Source: Eledone cirrhosa
Taxonomy: Eukaryota
DNA: 64,000 nt
Assembly: GCA_964016885.1 (NCBI GenBank)
Contig: OZ024745.1
Coordinates: 76,756,001-76,820,000, forward strand
Direction of reading: 5' to 3'
The translations under genes were made by a program, and so were the position numbers. The notes under the pieces were generated by a model. The model worked only from the letters and a program-made list of their open reading frames with translations, did no database searches and had not been told where the DNA came from. Below are positions 59,321 to 64,000 of the stretch, one piece after another (position 1 is the stretch's first letter; the number at the start of each line of letters is the position of its first letter).

Positions 59321-62300
59321 AAAGACAAATATATTCAAATTTCACTGAATTATTGTTACTGCTTGATCACCGCTAGTTTCCTATTTCTATATTATATTAA
59401 ATTGGACAAGCTGGCGATAAAATATGTCTTGATAAAATGATTACATAAGTGGTAATGGGATACCAATTATTGAGTTTGTAATCTAACACCCTTATTATGT
59501 AAGTAGAGCTCATTTAAATAATTCAGTATACTACCAGCTGTTGTTGTTTACTTATCCAGTCTTAGGAAAATAAATATGTTGGCCCTTATAATGTGGTCCT
59601 TATTTTAAACTTTGTGGAAACATTTAGCTGCTACATTGAGCAACTTGATTAGCAACATACTTTTGACTCTTACTAGTGTTACATCACATAAAATTTAGTT
59701 GAAATGTGTTTTGTTGGGAAATATATATTTTATCTCTAGTTTAAGCTACATATTTACACAAGAATAAGCTGAACTTCAATTTAAAAACGTTTTAGGTATT
59801 TCAGGATCAGATTGACAATTGTGTACATGTATACAATTTGTGTGTAAATAGATTTTTTGTTTGATATTAACCTAGAAAGAGAAAAACATTTTCTGCTAAA
59901 TAAAAAACAGTTACTGAATAGAGATCCAAAACATGAAACCACACCTTATTCAGTGTATCTTACACTAATATGGAAACAAGTATTGTGGGTAACGTCACTG
60001 CATTAACTATATCACATGAAACCACATCAGCAAGACATTCTAGAAAAGTACAAAACCCTGTGATTGGAATTTAGTAGCAGGAAATCTATTGTATAACACT
60101 GTGTATGTGACTGTGCATACAAGTGTGAAGGCAGGTGATTAGCAGTTTTAATGTACCAGATAGAATGTATAGCAATATTTATTCCGACTCTTTGTTCTCT
60201 GTCTTCAAATTCTGCTAAGCTCTAATTTGCGTTTCATGAGTGGAAGAGCTGAGAAGCAGTCTGTGTCTGCTTATGACTATATGGCCACCTACAATTATTA
60301 GTGAAAGCATATTTCCTAATCATTTTCATATATGACAGCTATAGTTTATATGTTTATGTGTATATCTTTAGGTAATGTATATTGGGGAAAAGTGTAAACA
60401 ATGGCAAAAAAACAAACAATCAAAACAGTAAAGATCATTGTAATATTTGTCAATCCCATGTCACTCTTGCCATTATATATACAGCAAGCTGCTGATTGAC
60501 TCATTGAAACCTGTAACCAATGATCCAATGTTTTCAAATACAAATAAAGAAAAGGATATTTGGGCATAAGAAGAATCTGATGCAGTGTGCAGAAGGGAAG
60601 ACAGCATTGGTGTGTCATGTGTTTGAAGGTTGAAAGCTATATAAAAACTGTTGAGCTTGAAGTTGGTGGAACTTATGGATGGTGAAGATCTAGGAAAATG
60701 AGATATGTGTGAAGGTTGACCTCAGGCAGCTGAACCTCACAAAGGAAATAACCTAGGATTGTGTTAACTGATGGCATGCAGTACTACAGAAGACTCACCT
60801 TCCCAAGCCAACCATATGGAGCAAGCATAAGAAGGATGTCTTCAGCCTTCCAGTATTCTCCCGATTTCCTTCCCCAACCACCTTCCTTCATCCTAAACCT
60901 GAACAAAGCAGTGATAAGTAACATATAGTCTACATCCATCTTATTTATATACCCCCAACCTCTCTCAGTGACTTCAACAGACACTCAGTACCCTAAAGTT
61001 ATAATGAAGTAGTGCTGGGGCCACAATGAAAAACATTCTGTATGGTGAGAGAGCTGGTGCCATGAAGAAAAGCATCCAGTGGGAGTGCTGACATTACAAT
61101 GAAAAATACCCAGTCTACTCTGAAAGATATTATTGTTAAATTTACAATAAAATACACCCAGAATTCACTAAAGGAAGGACACCCAACTGTAGTAACCAAA
61201 CCAAAATATTCAAGCAGAATGTGGTCACATAATTGGTCTTGTCTCAGTGCCCATTCATCTCTAGTCACTGGTTATACATATGTGATTTTAAATCTTTCTG
61301 AATTGCCTAGCTGTTTTTTTGCTATTTTCTTTAACCAAGCAACATAAGATTTCTAAGAAATGCAGCTTGACTTAAAATTTAGTTAATATATCATTATAGA
61401 AAGTATTAGGAATGACATCCAGACAGAAACCATTCCAAGCTAAAACACATTTCTCACAGCTTCTATTAAAAACCTGTAATGTTTGTGCAGACATGATTTT
61501 ATAGTAGAATTCAGCTGCTTAGTGCACAGTTTAATATATAATTGAATTAACTACCACCATACACACTATAATTAAGCAAATTAATAGGCCCAGTTCTCTT
61601 GTTCTCATATCTGTATAAATAGCTTTTGGTTGCATATCTATTTGTGGATTTTGAAAGATGTAGACAAAAAGTGCCCAGTCCACACTGTAAAGTGGTTGTG
61701 TAGATGTCATGACAGCACCCAGTACACACTGTAGGACAAGCATCCAGCCATAGAAACCAACCCCAAATCAGTTCTGTATGAGAAAGTCATGGTCATCTGA
61801 CCTGGCTTGTCTCACAACAGGACAATTCGTTTAACACATGCTAGCATAGAAAACTGGACGTTAAACCGTGATGATGGTGTAGACAGTTCCTGAACATCTT
61901 AACAAAGATTGAAACTCTCTACTGAGAAATATGTAGATAAATATCTAAAAATGTGTATTTACATACATATTTCTTGTGGCTTCCATTAAAATCATTTGTT
62001 AACAGGGAAAATAGATACTGAATTGTGATGATGATGGTGAAACATACATATAAGCTTGACAAGTATACAATAAATAAAATAATGAAACAACCCAAAATTT
62101 CATTTCATCAATATTTTGGTCACATATACAGTCTCAGTTTCTACTGAATCCATTGATGTGTACAGTTTGACTAAATTGCTGACTATAAGAAACTTTGGTT
62201 TGGATAAGTAATTTTATTTACCATATGAAACATGGCATACTCTACAATTTTCAAACACAAATCTGTAATTGAATATCTTTTTTTTTATGCCCTAAAACCA

Positions 62301-62507
62301 CACATGTTTATACATATGTACTGTATATCACTAGAGAAATTGCTTTTTCAATCCAATGCAAAGTTACATGTGTGTTAGTATCTATCTACATTCTTGATTT
62401 CATATTATATCTATAATGCTCATGCCATATCTTGATATAAAAGTGCATTGCTGTTTGTATAAAAACCCAGACATGTAACATTTTTCTCTTCTTCATTTTG
62501 GATACAG

Positions 62508-62627
62508 GTTCATCTTCAAACACAGCAGAAAGAAAAAGTTCCGACCTCAACACTTTTAGTTCGTATAATTAAAACTGATGGCATTTTGGGTTTTTATAAT
62601 GGTTTAACAGCTTCATTACTTCGACAG
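62508..62627 (+). CDS. SLC25A10: Mitochondrial dicarboxylate carrier, coding exon 2
   Basis: CAG|GTT acceptor. 120 nt encoding VHLQTQQKEKVPTSTLLVRIIKTDGILGFYNGLTASLLRQ. Donor CAG|GTATGT. Remaining exons are presumably beyond the window. Confidence 0.95.
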
Positions 62628-63015
62628 GTATGTTAAAAATTACTTTAAATTATTGTCACATATGAACTTCATAATATTATTTTAGGTCTAAAATAGGAGT
62701 TTTATCCCACCATTAAATAAGCAAGCATTCTATATGTTAAACTCAAATTTATAAGATTTAGACTTCTATGTTTTATTATCTTTCATCTAAAATTGGAGTT
62801 TTATCCCACCATTCTTTCCTACTATATATTATTTATTACTTGCTTAATGCTACATAAACCAGAATTAAATATCAGCCCTTTAAAATACAGAGATATGCTA
62901 AAATTGTGAAAGATTATATTTTTTTCTCTAATTCTATCTTCTATTATTTCTTTCATCCATCATGTGCATACTCTAATATTACACACATTGCTTATATATA
63001 TATATATATATAAAA

Positions 63016-63256
63016 AAATACGTGAATTTGTATATCTGGTGATATAGTGATATACAGTATGTTTATAAATGAACATTTTGAAAGCCTTCAGCTATGAATT
63101 TGAAAACTAATGGTGTAACGCCATCTAGTGTGTTCTAGCAGAAGCTAAGGATGGGTAACTAGCAATGATGATGTCATCATTGCTGACTCTGGTCGTTATC
63201 AAAATAGTGCTCCCTGACCCACTTGTATATCACCAGATATACAAATTCACGTATTT
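63016..63256. mobile_element. MITE-like element with perfect 31-bp inverted repeats
   Basis: AAATACGTGAATTTGTATATCTGGTGATATA at 63016-63046, inverted at 63226-63256. Confidence 0.7.
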
Positions 63257-63274
63257 CATATACAAAGCTGTTAG

Positions 63275-64000
63275 AGTTAATGCTCTAGATGGATATGTAT
63301 GACATACAAGACAATTGGAAGTTTCTAAGAGACAATCTAATTCAGGCCACTGAGATTTGTGGCTAGAGGAAGGTACCAGCCAGACAAAAGATAACCTGAT
63401 GGTGGAACAGTACTCTAGATAGAACTATTAAAGCTAGAAGATAAGCATAGAAAGATTGGGAAAATGGTGGCAGCAAAAGCAATATGTCGATTCTCTCAAT
63501 GGTAGAAGTGTGTTAAAAATGAATATGGTCCACTTTCCATCACTGATGCTCAGAAGAAAAAAACCTAAGAGAAGTGGAGAATGAGTGGAAGGTAGAGGGA
63601 CTGCCCATAGAAGACAACAAAATAACCAGCTACCAAAATAGACAATTATTGGCTCAAAAATGCAATCATAGGAAAAATGGTAAAACTGTTGGACCATCAG
63701 AAATTGTTGTTGAGATACTGAGATCTTAGTGAGACTAAAATTTCCTAACCAAGTGTAAGCCTCAATATCTAGCTTTTGTAGATGTGGAAAAAGCCTTTGA
63801 CAGATTACCATGATCTCTGTTATCGGGTGCTTTTTTAATGAAACTAGGTGTAGAGTGGGTTGTAAGAGTAGCACAAGATATGTACAGAGGTGTTGGCAGT
63901 AAAGTGAGAGTAGGTAATGAGTTTAGTGTGGAATTCAATGGTCAGATTAATGTTCATTAAGGCTCTGTCCTCAGTCCATGTTTAGTATAGTTCTCCAAGT
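63275..64000 (+). mobile_element. Old degenerate RTE fragment
   Basis: Remnants of LAFVDVEKAFDR (~63770) and GSVLSP (~63961), with many stops. Confidence 0.6.

Overview
Eukaryotic, AT-rich, repeat-dense animal DNA. The SINE/RTE/Penelope/(TA)n landscape suggests a cephalopod (Octopus-like); that is an inference. The one confidently recognisable host gene is a mitochondrial dicarboxylate carrier (SLC25A10-like, + strand): coding exon 1 at 12131-12229 and exon 2 at 62508-62627, separated by a 50,278-nt phase-0 GT-AG intron. Neither exon is in the ORF track. The intron contains a ~2.8-kb inverted duplication (22081-24905 / 56121-59077) bracketing ~31 kb of mobile DNA: a broken hAT-type transposase, Tx1, RTE and CR1-like LINEs, a Helitron remnant, ~6.6 kb of (TA)n-variant microsatellite, and a nest of Penelope-like elements (PLEs). 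The PLEs are the most interesting system. One keeps an uninterrupted RT + GIY-YIG ORF (44320-46680) with an unusually long insertion in the RT fingers. Four insertions share a head-to-head inverted architecture with a 55-65-bp one-sided overhang and both ends in (TA)n. At least seven type-I hammerhead ribozyme motifs are visible, three on the pre-mRNA strand. Upstream (1-5.7 kb) is a pile of R4/Dong-like and Tx1 LINEs in (TAA)n repeats. The long Y/I-repeat ORFs are microsatellite artefacts.
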